A DNA stretch of 64,000 nt from Ginglymostoma cirratum (GCA_024137785.1 JAHRHZ010000035.1:19402846-19466845); one strand, 5' to 3'. Numbered from the stretch's first letter, positions 36,305 to 49,409 are shown. The notes: generated from the sequence alone by a model not told the origin. A program made the numbers and translations.

Positions 36305-36585
36305 CTGCTAAATATCACATTGCTGTTTGTAGGGGCTTGTTGTGTGCAAATTGGCTGACATGTATTTATGTGACAACAATAGCTAGATTTTTTAAAAATG
36401 CTAAAAACAGAAATTGCTAGGGAAACTGCTGGCTTTGTCAGTCAGCATTAGATGCTGCCAGACTTGTTAAGTTTCTCCAGCAATTTCTGTTGTTTCAAAT
36501 CTTTGGCACTTGCAATTCTTGGTTTTATCAAAAAAACATGATTACATCCTGTGGTAATAAAGGTGCTAGATAAATGCAAGTTGGT
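36305..36585 (+). mobile_element. Deu-domain SINE 3' part containing a collapsed Penelope palindrome (~36400-36530)
   Basis: atcacattgctgtttgtaggggcttgttgtgtgcaaattggctg...aggtgctagataaatgcaag; internal inverted pair cagaaattgct / agcaatttctg. Confidence 0.6.
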
Positions 36586-37487
36586 CTTTTATTTTGCAGA
36601 TGAACTTCATGTTTGAACTGTTTGATGAACCTTTACTGCTTGTTTTGGATTCTGTCTGCAATAAATTACAGATGAATGTGCTGTACCACATGCGACACAC
36701 CCCAGGAAGATATTATGTCATTGTTGATGGCTTAACAAGAGAGATAATTAATGTTGGCTCAAAATGAACTTTCTTTCAACAGTTTTAATAGAGTGATGAA
36801 AGTTGATAATATGTTGTTACTATTTTGAGAACATGTACTTTAAAGTTGAGCTAAATGGGTTTTTGGTTTTCACAAATTTGACTTTCTTTTAAGAAAGGTT
36901 CAAAAAGTCATTGAAACAGTGAGCGCGAAACAGCCTTTCTGAAGAATCATGTGACTTAAGCTAAATGAATCAACAGATAACCTGGTGAAATAGTTACTGC
37001 TTATTATTGACTTGAGTATTGATGTCTGAAAAGGGGAGCCCAGTGGCCACAAGCAGGTAGAGTTCAGAAGAAAAGTTACTGACCAGTAGAAGGGCAGCTC
37101 AATTTCTGGCAGCCTCCGGGCCAACAGAGCTGGATGGAAGTTACGTACTGTTATAGCAGAGTCGATATAGTCAAAATCAGAAAAAAGTCTGTGAATTAGT
37201 CTGTCTGTCTATCGAGAATCACATCTGTTGACTGTATATCTAGTTCTAAATATACAGAAAAGAAATCCATGGCATCAGGATCACAGCAAATCTTTTTAAA
37301 TAATTGCAGATTATTAGCAACCTTTGTACCTAAGAAATGGTAAATGTGAGAATTGTCGTAAGAGATATTCCCAAGCTGATATCTGATTCTGCCAAGATCA
37401 ACTCTGAGTGAATATGCTGCCCACAACCTTTCTTGAGATGCTATTTATTATGAATATTAAGTGATGAAGGATTAATCACTACTAAGT

Positions 37488-37831
37488 TGTCAAAAGAAGA
37501 GGCACGTATTTGAGTGACAAGAAGTAGTTTATTACAAAATGATAACAGGTCATATTATCTTGAATCTGGTTAACTTCATTAATACTAGATAAAAGGTTAT
37601 ATCATCTTGACATTGATTAATTACATTAATACTAGATGAGAGACGTTCTTATCTCCGAAGAGGTGGTAGCTAAGTCTCTGCTAAGTGTTGTAGACTGTAG
37701 AACGTAGAACTAACAACTGTGGCACTCCTCCCAGAGATTGTCGTTCATATATAAGTAGGTGGAGTTATTCCAAAGCTCCAAGTTAACCCCTTCGGGCCAA
37801 CCCCTTGAGTTCTTGGTAACCTATCTTCACA
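37488..37831 (-). mobile_element. Putative solo LTR
   Basis: Minus strand runs TGTGAAGA...TATATA...AATAAA...TTTTGACA in LTR order; no TSD seen. Confidence 0.5.
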
Positions 37832-38776
37832 CAGCACGTCTAAAATGCCCACAGAACAGTGAAGGCAAAGCGTTTTTTGTCAAGTAACTTTACAGATCTG
37901 AGGATCATAAATAGCAGCAGGGGAAAAGGGGAAAGTCCTTGTACATTAACAAACACTGAATCACAGATTGTTGCAGTGCCGAAGGAAGTCATTCAGCCCA
38001 CGTCTACACTTGCTCTCTAAATTAGCATCTCACTGAGGTGTCAGATGCTGCCTTCTCCACATAACCTCGTATATTGTTCTCTTTACAAATAACACATGCA
38101 GGTCTTGCCAAGAGGCTTCGACATTTAATCCCAGGTCTGAAATGATCTCACTGATCTCTACTAGGAAGGCAATCATGGTATTATAGCTGACTTCAAAATT
38201 CTTAAGTAAGGCAGGGCAAAATCAATACTAGGATCAATGTGCCCAACACATTCACTAACAAGTGTTCAATCTTTACCATGGTGTGAGGAAGAGCCCTGAG
38301 CACAGGCTTGTCTGTATAGACAATACTTACAGGACAAAATGGAGTTCATAAAAATGCAGACAAACCAGGCACCACACTCATGTCTTTTGGAATAGCACTC
38401 AGACCTGTAATAACAGTGCTACGGTTTTAATTACACGGGATGTAGGTACCTGACAATGAACTATGGCAAAGAAAGTTAAAATTAACCTTTCCATTCTGCG
38501 CCTGTAAAAAAGGGAGCTATTCTCATTAGCACAGCTCTCACATTACGCTGTGGTGCTTTAACACAATGACTCTAATGTATCATTTTTTTGTTCCATATTT
38601 ACTGTTGAATGGATTTTGCAAATAAATTCATAATGTAGAGAATAAGCTGCAAAAGTATCATTAAAATAACTGGATTGCAAAACAGAAAATGGCTACAGTT
38701 TTTTTGCATGTTACTTTATAGGGTCACAAGTGCAATGGTGCATAGCATCCGAAAGGCATTGCCTTCGAATCAAGTT

Positions 38777-39112
38777 GGGGAGGCAATGGCCTAGTGGTAT
38801 TATCACTGGACTGTTAATCCAGAGACCCAGATAATGTTCTGGGGACCCAGGTTCCAATCCCACCCCAGCAGATGGTGGAATTTGAATTCAATAAATATCG
38901 GGAATTAACAGTCTAATGATGACCATGAATCCATTGCTGATTGTTGGGGGAAAACCCATCTGGTTCACTCATGTCCTTTAGGGAAGGAAACTGCCATCCT
39001 TACCTAAGTCTGCTTACGTGTGACTCCAGACCCACAGTAATGTGGTTGACTCTTAACTGCCCTCTGGACAATAAATGCAGCCTAGCTAGTGACATCCCAT
39101 GAATGAATAAAG
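38777..39112 (+). mobile_element. Full-length tRNA-derived SINE with LINE-type tail
   Basis: A box tggcctagtggta, B box ggttccaatcc, tail catcccatgaatgaataaa; TSD aagtt at 38772-38776 and 39113-39117. Confidence 0.9.
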
Positions 39113-39709
39113 AAGTTATTCAAACTGCTTTTTTCTCAGTTTCTAAACATGTTTTTCTCACACTGTAGCACTGATCTACGTTGGGGTCAGTTTGATCTTG
39201 TCATGATTACAAATTCTCAAAAAGAATGTTAACTTAGGACCTTTGAAAGCACCAAATTAATTTATCTCTATAGAATAGGATACACATATATTTCACTCAG
39301 TTCTGCAAGGCCAACGGTTATATGCTTTCAGACATTTGGAGCCTTATGCAATCCCAAACTAGAATAGCCCCAAGTGAGCAAGGACAAAGGAGTCAGGCTT
39401 GATATGTTGCATACCTGTTTATCTAGAGGAACCAAATTTAACAATCAGATGTGGACTTACATTGCCAAGTAAAGAATTATACATTGGATCTCTAAATATA
39501 CATATAGTTAAAGAAAATTAATGTAGTCAGGTACAGTTTGCAAAACAGTAATAACAGATCAAACATGGATACAAAGCAATCCAAGTGTCAAAACCTGTTC
39601 CAGATTGGATTCACATTATTTTGAAACGACGCTGCAACAAATCTCACATACAATATAAAAACCAAAAGAACAGCGGAAGTTGGAAATCAGATATACACTC
39701 ATATACACT

Positions 39710-40140
39710 TCAGGCTGTCCCTGGGATGCACTCTGAGACAAAGATTGACTGCACTTGGAAGACAATCAACTCAGTGAAAGGTGCATTTTGGTCTGCTTGA
39801 AACTTGTTGGGTCTTCTGATGCACCTCAACTACACATTCCAAGGTCCAGGACTGTGTGCTGAGGGTCGCACTAAAGCTTCAGGCAGCTGCTGCCAAGGCA
39901 CAGTGGGGAAAGACCACCGTCTAAGGTCTATCTGCAAAAGTACAACAAGGGTCTGTTAAGACTGAGACCTCCTTCATTTCCTGAAAGAAATGTAAGGAGT
40001 TTCCTTGCATAATTAGGAACTGCCCTTGTTTGTAACTAACGAGGAATGTCAAAATGCCATTGGTTTTCTGTAAAGTCTGTACAGACTTGTGTTATACTTT
40101 TTTTATTTGAGATCATTTAAGAATGAAGTATAATCGTGAA
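39710..40140 (+). mobile_element. Tx1/L1-group LINE 3' end
   Basis: PGMHSETKIDCTWKTINSVKGAFWSA*NLL...HSKVQDCVLRVALKLQAAAAKAQWGKTTV*. Confidence 0.8.
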
Positions 40141-40569
40141 ATGAAAAACATATCCACCCATATTATCTGGTCTTGAGTGTCATTCATATTTTATTTGATT
40201 TATATACATACTTATAATAGTCATACCATTGAGCACTTAAAATGAAGATGCTCTTTCGGGGATTTTAAGGAGCTTTGAGACACCCCTAATCCCTAAACAT
40301 TTGTTTCCACATTCACTATTTTTTCAGCTGGCAGCAGAATGGATCCTGCAGGATTGCAAATGTCCATTACTGTACTTATGGTGTGTGCATGTGTGTGTGT
40401 CCGCACTTGGGCAGAAGTAGTGCTTAACCCATTCATGGGAACATCTTCTGTCATTATGAAATAACCATTAACATTCCCTAGATGGCAATGTTTCCTGTTA
40501 TTGTGTACTTCTGTTTACAAACAAGCCAAATATTTATTTGGGAACAATGTCACTTCATAAATTGGAATT

Positions 40570-40910
40570 TTTTTTACCCATGGGTTGAGGGCATCACTGG
40601 CTGGGCCAGCATTTATTGCCCACCCAAAGGGTAGTTAAAAGTCAACCACATTGTGGAGGGTCTGGAGTCACATGTAGTCCAGACCAGGTAAGGATGGTAG
40701 TTTCCTTCCTTCCCTAAAGGACACTAATGAACCAGATAGGTTTTTCCTGTCAATCAGCAATGGTGATCATTAAACTCTTATTTCCAGGCTGATATTGATT
40801 CAAATTCCACCAAATCGGCTATGGTAGGATTCAAACCCAGGTCCCTAGAGTGTTACCTGGGCCTCTGGATTATTAGTCTAACAATAATACCACGAGGCCA
40901 TTACCTACCC
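40570..40910 (-). mobile_element. tRNA-derived SINE (38777 family)
   Basis: Reverse-complement match over tail, body and head (ggattcaaaccc B box). Confidence 0.88.
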
Positions 40911-41829
40911 CTAATCAAATTGTCATCAACAACAACTTCGATAAGGCACATATACACGAAGCCAATATGTTCAACAGAAATTTTTACTGTCCTCAGGCAT
41001 GCAAGTTTTAGTAATTCAGGTGAAATGTTAGTAAATTGCCAATGAGAATACAGCAGTCTTATATGAGAATTAGATTAATTAACATCGCCTTCCTGTTGGC
41101 TCACCAGTTCTGAGAATTCCTATTTCAACCCATACTCTCTTCATGTCTGAACACTGGTGAAAAAGGTATCAGTGCAAGTTCAGCTCAGTCCAAGCGCTGG
41201 TTGTCAGTGTTGATGGTAGTAAGGTGGTTCCAGACTAACCGAAGGCAGGAAGCATTCATGTGGCCTCATTATGGAGAGCTCAGCTGCTGTTTTGTTGGCA
41301 TTGCATCTGTTTTTGTCAGGTGACTGATATATGACTTTATCTCCAAAATTAAAGAACACGCATGTGAAAGGAATGGCAGAGACTGGAGGGTCTGGAGGTG
41401 ATTCTGGAGGTTATGCATGTCCTGTTTGACACAGTAGAGCAGTGAACGCAGACTATGAAAACTGCTGTGACTTTGAATGTTATTATTATGAAGATGGCAA
41501 AGTGGGTCATTTGTACAAAGCAGTGTCCCACAAGTGCAAAGGAGACAACAGACCAGATAGTTCCTACTGTCTCTGAAACAGACCAGCTCTTCTATTTTGC
41601 TGGTATTCGTTGTGAGAGAAACATAGCCAAGAAACAGCAGAATTAAAGTATTTCTTCACATAGTAACAGAGATTCTTTTATGTCTATGCAAATGCAGAGG
41701 CGAAGTCTCAGTTTAAAGTCCTATCTAAAATAATGGAACTCTCGATGATGCAGCAATTACGCTACAAACAGCACCAGTCCACATTGTGTGAACAGGTCCT
41801 ACAGTTGGACTTGACTCTTAGCGTGACCA

Positions 41830-42240
41830 TGGAATCAGGGACTCCCGGTTATTGGTGATGTGGTGGTGGCAGTGGAGCCGGGGGCGAGTGTGGGTTCGGC
41901 ACGGGAGCTGGCATTACTGGCAACATCAGCGAAGTGGGCCCAGCGGCAAAGAGGTGGTACCTGAAGAGTGGCAACTTCCACATTGATGGGTCCAGTGCAG
42001 GCAGCGACAAGGCGGCAGAGGAAGGCTGGTGGCATAGCGCTATTGGTGTGCCAACTCAGGGCTCGGGACTCATGGCAGAAGTGGCAGAATGAATTAAGAT
42101 ACTCTTTCAGTTATATCTTTTTACTCTTTTTATTCTTGAACTACTAAAAATGCTGCTGGGTTGTGGCGATGGTTGAAGCTGTATTTTACTGTATTGTTCA
42201 CTGTAAAATTTAAGTGACAATAAATCATTCAATTGAATTT
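41830..42240 (+). mobile_element. GC-rich non-autonomous retroposon with Rex1/Babar-like tail
   Basis: GC-rich body ending in ttcactgta...gtgacaataaatcattcaatt. Confidence 0.4.
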
Positions 42241-42786
42241 AGTTGAGCTTAAGATCTTTCACCCACCTGTCAAAGTGGTCCTAGTTGCAAAGCTTTTCAT
42301 GATCCGGCATGATGTTATCAAATAATTCTTTATAGCAAAGATAAGCATTGAGTCATGATTACAAAATAAATACTAGTAGCGTGAATTGAACTTTGAACTG
42401 GACATTTTCCTTCAATGTTGTAAATACATCTCAGTTTGAGATCTTCTTCTCAATGGTTGTTAGTGTTGTTTAAAACGTGGCATCCTTGGTAAATAACTCC
42501 TTTGTTGATTTGCCCTTAACTGACTACTGGCTTCCATTGATAAGAGAGTCTGATTAAACAATTAACTTTCCTCCAAATTCCACAAACCTGACCAACAACT
42601 GGCATTTTATACTGAAAACGGACTAATTTATTAGTATTTGAAATTTCACAAAACCTTAAGTTCAGTGGTACAGCACAAATGTGCATAATAGAAGGTAGCT
42701 GACTGGATGGATGGACACAGATCATTTACATTGGATCCTGACTCATATTTCAGAAGTGGACATTGCCAGTTGATACTTTAGCAGAT

Positions 42787-43944
42787 ATGGGTAGCTTCTG
42801 AGATGGAGATAGCCAATTATCGAGATCACAAATGGCGTCCAGTGTGACAATAAACATGGAGAACTATCCCTCCTCATCCTTCTTGGCTACCTACAGCCTT
42901 TGAGACAGTTGACGACAGTGACATGGTGCCATGTTTCAAGTAACACCAGAACATGCATCAGTGAATGAGACGAGTAGACACAGAGGGGAAGACAGGAGTG
43001 CGGAGGACAGGCATCCTACAACTGCATTCTCTAATATTTCAATGAAGTCATTCGCAAAATCTTGTAAGCTGCCTGTTAGTACAGGGGTAGGCGTGCCTCT
43101 TGTTATATGCTCCCTGATCAAAGATAGAGTGCTCAGGTAGCCAGAAGCAATAGTCCTGGTCAACATGCTGCCCATTTACAAAGACATGGATAAAGCTTAC
43201 ATTAAAGGTTTTGCCCTCGGTGTTAAGGTCTTTAGGGATAAGCATGATGGAATCCTTTTAGAGGAAACAGCTGCTGCAAAACGCAAAGTGCTGCGTACCA
43301 TGCAGTCATGGAAAGCATTCAGTACAACATAACGCTCATATAATCGGCACAATAATGTCAGGTTGCTAATGGGTCTCCTGCCTTGCTGCACACAAATGGA
43401 GTGAAGACCTTAAGTAGAATCCTATGGAGGTCATTGACTTTCTTTCAGCACTGCTGACTACTTCTCTGTATCATTGAGATGGCACTGACTTGGACCAGGC
43501 TACCAGGCTTTGCTGACATGCACTTGGACTTGTTTGTCGGGAAGAGGACACCCCTCTTTTGCATCACTTCTCCCAACATGTTCAGATTGTGCCGTTGACT
43601 TTGGAATGCTAGTGCTGGCCTGGGTGCACAATGGCTTTATAAAGATGCCACGGGCACCAGAAATGCTGGTCTTTCAGCGGATATCCTATGAGTGGTACGT
43701 TGTTCCCGGAACAACAGCTGGTAAGATAAGGATGGAATCAGCCATGAAGGACGCAACTGGGCTGGTTGTTAATGAGGAGGGTTTGGTAAAATATGACGGA
43801 AATGTTATTGGGCATCATAATGTGAGTGCCTCCAAACAATGCGATGCACCTCATGATGAAGAGGGAAGATTCAGCACTGAGTGTTTGCCTTCAAGTGATG
43901 CAGGACTAACTGCAGAGGATCATTGGGCCAGGATGTGCAGTTAA
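42787..43944 (+). pseudogene. Intronless disrupted ORF (~385 codons) of unknown origin; candidate endogenous viral element or retrocopy
   Basis: ORFs 42931-43140 and 43510-43944 share a frame; the reading is open again over 43141-43329 (PEAIVLVNMLPIYKDMDKAYIKGFALGVKVFRDK...); compensating frameshifts near 43328 and 43600; the stops read through are one C>T change from Gln/Arg codons. Confidence 0.55.
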
Positions 43945-44529
43945 AGCTTTTGCAGTTCCCTTGTCACCTTGCAGTGGAAACTCTGATTCGGGAGATAACG
44001 CTTGGCTGTTAGCTCCCCAAGAGGGGCCATCAGTGTCTGAAATGCCTGTCCTTGTCAAATGACTGAAATTTAATTGTGTTTAATTGTTTACTTATATGAT
44101 TCTGGGAGTCTAAGTCAGTTGCTGTTTGACCTGCAGAGGGAAAGTTAGTTTCCAGGCTAAGCTTGCAGCCTGCATTGGCTCCTCCATTTCTGTCGCTATG
44201 TTGTGGGCTGGAGAGAAACCTTCCTTTTGCATGTGAGGAGGATAGCGACTGAGCCCAGCTCACCGAAGAAATTATTAGCGTACACTGACCTTCAAGAAGT
44301 TTAAATTCACTGACCCAATTTTTATTTAATGGAGTAATTGGCCTGAGAGCAAAGATGGCCATCAAAATGACTGCCTGCAAATGTCCAAATAAGCTTAGTG
44401 ATGTTAGTTCCTGGAAACAGATGACACTAAGCCAGAACGTGTCAGTGTGTGGGCCAGTGACATCACTGCACTCCGTGTGTAAGAACGTCACTAACGGCAC
44501 ATGAGCAAAAGGACTTCTGAGGCTGATGT

Positions 44530-44925
44530 TCAGCAATGGCCTTCCTAACTGCCAACTGAACCTGCATGTTAACTTTAAGAAATCCTGAAGTAGAACTGAC
44601 GAGTCCATTTGTGCTTCAGATTTCCAAAGCCTTTCCCCTTTTAGAAAATATTCTATGCCTCTATTCTTCCTACCAAAATGCATAAGCGCACACTTTCCCA
44701 CATTGTATTGCAACCGCCACTTCTTTGCCCATTCTCCTAGACTGTCCAAGTCCTTCTGCAACCTCCCCGATTCCTCAACGCTACCAGTTCCTCCCCCTAT
44801 CTTTGTGTCAAACTTAGCAGCAGTGCCCTTAGTTCCTTTGTCTAGGTTGTCAATATATAATATGAACAGTTGTGGTCCCAACACGGACCCCTGCAGAACT
44901 CCACTAGTCACTGGCTGCCATTAAA
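44530..44925 (-). mobile_element. CR1 RT fragment
   Basis: TSGVLQGSVLGPQLFILYIDNLD...RLQKDLDSLGEWAKKWRLQYNVGKC. Confidence 0.9.
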
Positions 44926-45494
44926 ACACGAGTTTAAACACAAGTTTCCACATCTACAAGACAGTTCTAGTAATTATTTTAATAAATGTCTTTTGCTTAG
45001 AAGTAACAAACTTGCCTTTTCAACAAGATATGTTGTTAAACACTGTTTTTGGCACAGTTTAACAAATTTGCATACAAACAGGTGTCAGCTGCCAGAAAAT
45101 GTGTTTGTGGCCAGACAGCAAGTTCTCACACAGGAGATGTGCCCCACCCAATCTTGATTGTCTAACACAGGGAAATGATTTATGTCCAGTGTCAGTCAAT
45201 GCCCAGAAAACTCAATCCTGGCACTTAAGTAAACAACATAGAAAACAGAATTGCATAGCAATGACTCTACAAACTTTCTCGCAATTACTGTGTCAAACTC
45301 ACATCAGCAATAATCCAACAGCTTCAGTCTGGCTGAATGAGAACTCCAATTTTACCCAAAAAGTCATTGGGGGAACTTGAAATATTAACTCTATTTCCCT
45401 CTCCATGGATGCTGCCAGATTTTCTGAATTTCTCCACCTCTTTAATTCATCAATTATATTGTGTCATGGAAAATAAAGCCATTGAAAAATTAAG

Positions 45495-45830
45495 AGACGC
45501 GATGGTAGTGTAGTGATAAGCCAGAAGACTGGGTTCAAATCTCACCATGGCAGCTGTGGAATTGAACTTTAATCAATAAATATGGAACAGCTTTAATCTC
45601 AATTATTGGGCCATGAACGTGCCATTGATTGTTGTAAAACGCCATCTGGTTCACTAATGCCCTCCCGGAAAGGAAACCCATTGTCCTGAGCAGACTTTTG
45701 ACTCCAGATCCATAGCTACATTGTTGCCTCTTACTGCCCTCAAAAATGGTCCAAGCATGTCACTTGTTTCAATGGCAGTTAGGGATTGGCAACATATTCT
45801 GGCTTTGCCCACATCCCATGAAAGTTTATA
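45495..45830 (+). mobile_element. tRNA-derived SINE (38777 family, older)
   Basis: gggttcaaatctcaccatggcag, catctggttcactaatg, gactccagatcc, cccacatcccatga. Confidence 0.75.
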
Positions 45831-45919
45831 TATATTTAAAACTACCCACAAAAATTATATCTCATACTGCTCCAGTATCAAATGTATCATTTGTGTTTTG
45901 TAATACATTATAAAACAAG

Positions 45920-46140
45920 GATCAGCATTGGTTGGATGGCTGGTTTGCATAGTGTGATGCTGAAAGCATGGGTTCAATTCCCACACTGGCTGAGGTTACC
46001 ATGAAGAATTCTCCTTCTCAACCTCCCCCTTTTGCCTGAGGCATGATGACCCTCAGATTAAATCACCACCAGTCATCTCTCTCTCTCTTTAATGAGAGAG
46101 CAATCCTCTGGTGCGGTAAGACAATGGCAACTTGACTTGG
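45920..46140 (+). mobile_element. tRNA-derived SINE, different family
   Basis: B box gggttcaattcc, body ggctgaggttacc...cctgaggcatgatgaccctcag. Confidence 0.6.
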
Positions 46141-48184
46141 TCAGCATTGGTTTCGTTATATCCTCTGTAAATTATTTCAGAAACTGCAGAATTCTGGGAG
46201 ATTCCAGCCTTCCTAGAAGAACGGCATTCTGGAGCTGTACAGACATTTAAATTGATGAGGCACAGCAACACATTCAATCTCTGTGCTTGTTAATCATTTA
46301 GTGTTTACATCAGCAGAAATAATCCTTGGAATGTAAACTAATGATAAACGCTGCAGTATTCCAACCAGTAGCAATGGCAGTCAATGAAAAATAAAGTAGG
46401 ACCAGTCACTCCCTATTTCACATTTCCTGAATTTTCAGAAATTTCTAGTTCAGACCTTTACCTTCTGCAAATAGATCATCAGCTTCATTTTGATAATCTC
46501 TGCAGAAATATGTTCCAGATTCAAGTTTATAATTCTAAAAGTTGTCAATTTTTGTGATAAATGCTGCGGATTTCTATTCTCAATGGGTCAGGACTCCTGT
46601 GGCATTTCCTGACCCGATTTCCAATAAAAGACAAAAGGAAGAGTTGTTCATGTATTAAAGATGTTAACCTATTTGTTTTAAAATAGCACAAATAGAAACT
46701 TGTTGGAAATGTATTAACTGGAGTGTTAAAACAGTACATAGAGAAAATAAAACTGTTGAAATGTTTGGATAGAAATGTTCTTAATGTGTCTGTATTTCTC
46801 CAGGGATTTTAACAAGCTCACAAATCAATAAAAAGGAATTGCTTCCTGACACCTGCCTAACTAGAGAAAGGAAATGGTTACTTTCTTTCTGTGCATTACA
46901 TTTTACGACATTTTTATTGAAAGGGACAGATTGATGTTTAATTTGTTTAAAAGTGATTTCAAAGGTATGTTGAATTAAACACAAACAATTGAAAAATATG
47001 CTTTATAATTCAAATGACAGGAAGGCTAATTTAAAATACAACATCGTCAAACAATAAACATGCTGGTGTTGGCAGACGGAAAATAGATTGTGCATAATTT
47101 ATGTTTACTATATGGGGAAGTGTTTCCATTTAACTCCATAGTGCCGGTATATCTTTCATAATGTGTGCTAACAATAGCAATGATCTTAAACTCATCTGCA
47201 TGATTATTCACGTTATTCATATTGAAGGGAATAAACATAGCAGAAGCAGTCCATTGCAATTCTGCTTGATTATGCATGCAGTATTTCCTTTGAAGCCTTC
47301 CTTATGTTCATTCATGGAAAGGTTTGGAGGGATATTGGCCAGGAGCAGGCAGGTGGGACTGGTTTGGGATTGTGTTTGGCATAGAATGGTTGGACCGAAA
47401 GGACTCTATGTTTCATACAGGAAAACAAGCTGCTGTTCATTTAAATACTGTTCATCAAAACCATTGAAATGCTACAGTGGAGAAGAAGGTCATTGAGCTC
47501 ATCAATCTTATGGCTGTTCTCCTAAAATAGTTAATTTTACTTTACTATATTATTATGCAATTAATTTAATTACAATTAATGAATAACCTAATTCTTTATA
47601 ACCTCAGTTTCTTTGATAAATTAGTCTGTATTGCCAAACCCCACATAAAATGCTTTGCATCCCTTATCTTTGATTTAAAGGCAGTGCTTAAATATAGGGC
47701 TATTCTTTCTTCCTTTCTCATTTACCTTTGCAGTAGATCCTATTGATGACAATTCACTTTCTTGTTCTTCTAACCTATTCCAGCGTACATTGTTTCAGGG
47801 AAACAAGTCATCACCCTGCAAGTATTGTCTTCCTGACACATGTGGGGATCCACCTTTCAGAACAAATACTCCCCTTTCACTGCAAAGATTTGTGCTTTTC
47901 TATCCATGTCTTTATCCAACGTCATTTTAGACTGTTATGATCTGTTACATAATCGGACAATGTGTAATTATTGCAATATTTTAAGTAGCGTTCCAAGCCT
48001 TCTTACCTGCCGTCCTCATCCTCAACTAAACTCATGTAATTTCTTCATTTCTTGCCTTCCCCCAGCATTTATCACTTCTAGCCTTTTGGTCAGCTGACTC
48101 AAGTGTTAATTTATGTTAATATACTGACCTGGTTCCAGCTAAGGCCCAGTAGCAATACTCTCGAGGCCCACTCCACAGATCTGA

Positions 48185-48680
48185 GCACTCCACAGATCTG
48201 AATACCTTCCGATACTGAGGGGCAGCTGTGCTGCTGAAGGTGCCATTTTTTCAGAAGTGACATGAAATTGATGCCAAATCTGCTCCTTAGTTGGAAACTA
48301 AAGACCCCATGACACTATTTCTAGGAAAACTAGGGGATTTCTGCAGTAATAAAACTGAATATTTTGGAAATGCTGAGTAGGGCAGCACTTGTGAAGAGAT
48401 GAACAACGTTAATGTTTTAAGTTGATGATCTGCCAGCCGAATTCTTCCAGTATTTTTGCCAATATTCAGCCCATCACCAATGTCAGATTTTGCCCTGAAC
48501 CACTATCTCTCGTCACGTAATCTCTTCCAGCCAATTGCAGATCTTCACTTGATTTCTATTCCTCTTTTCCCCCTTTCCCTGTCTCTGTACTTCCTTTAAT
48601 CCTGTCACACTTTTATCCTTCTCCAGTCCTTAAAGGATTATTGGCATGAAATGTTAAGTGGGGTTTTCCCAGGTGAAGGT
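48185..48680. mobile_element. Deu-domain SINE fragment followed by old Penelope remnants
   Basis: tactgaggggcagctgtgctgctgaaggtgcc...aaagaccccatgacactattt; arm remnant at ~48350-48430. Confidence 0.45.
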
Positions 48681-49409
48681 GACTTTAGGAATGAGCAGGT
48701 AGCAGAAAATGATATTGGATGGTGATTTTGTTCTCTTCCAGCTTTGTCAGGGAACGGTTGGGAGTGTAAGAGGAATCTCTCCTGCCTAAGGCAAGAAGAA
48801 GAGCTTAAAGAGGGTCATTAGGAATGATCTTGTGCATGAAATGCCTTCATTCCCAACACAGAGTTATTCAAATGGGCATGGGAGGCATTTGCAAGAGGAG
48901 GAATGAGTGGAGCTGCAAGGTGTTTTTGTCAATGCTACAAAAGAATGTTGAACAAGTCAAATACTAGGGCTTGGCACCTGGAAGTGGGCCATCACTCAGC
49001 TGTCATGCCACTTGAGGTCACGATCCTTTCAGTGCACTGTGACCAGGTTGAAGGGCACACATTCTCTCGAGTGACTTCCTTGGTCAAGTGAGATCAAGCA
49101 CCCTCACCGTTTAGAGAAATTCCTGTGTGAGTTATTAAATACAACACTTGGATACGCTCACCATTAAATTCTTCACACATACCTTGTTGGTTGGAGAGCG
49201 GTCTGTTCTTGGTGTGGGAGCCAGGAGTGTAATGTTGGCCCCAGGCTAGTGACATAACAACTGTACTTACAGAACAGAAGCTGCCGGACCAGCTGAGCAT
49301 TTCCAACGTTTTCTGTTTTTGTTTCAAATTTCCAGCATCTGTAGTATTTTGCTCTTTTTATCCTGTTTCCCTGACACTTCAAAAGTGAGAAGGCATTTGT
49401 CTAAAAAAT

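Noticed and set aside
43197-43391. Minus-strand RPISNLTLLCRLYER, resembling a LINE RT motif
   Set aside because: No downstream Q.GFR, D..KAFD or FADD motifs, and the plus strand gives a much longer coherent reading; treated as coincidence, though a search should confirm.
44030-44911. Longest ORF in the track (293 aa)
   Set aside because: The first ~125 aa are a CR1 RT fragment; the rest is read-through into unrelated sequence.
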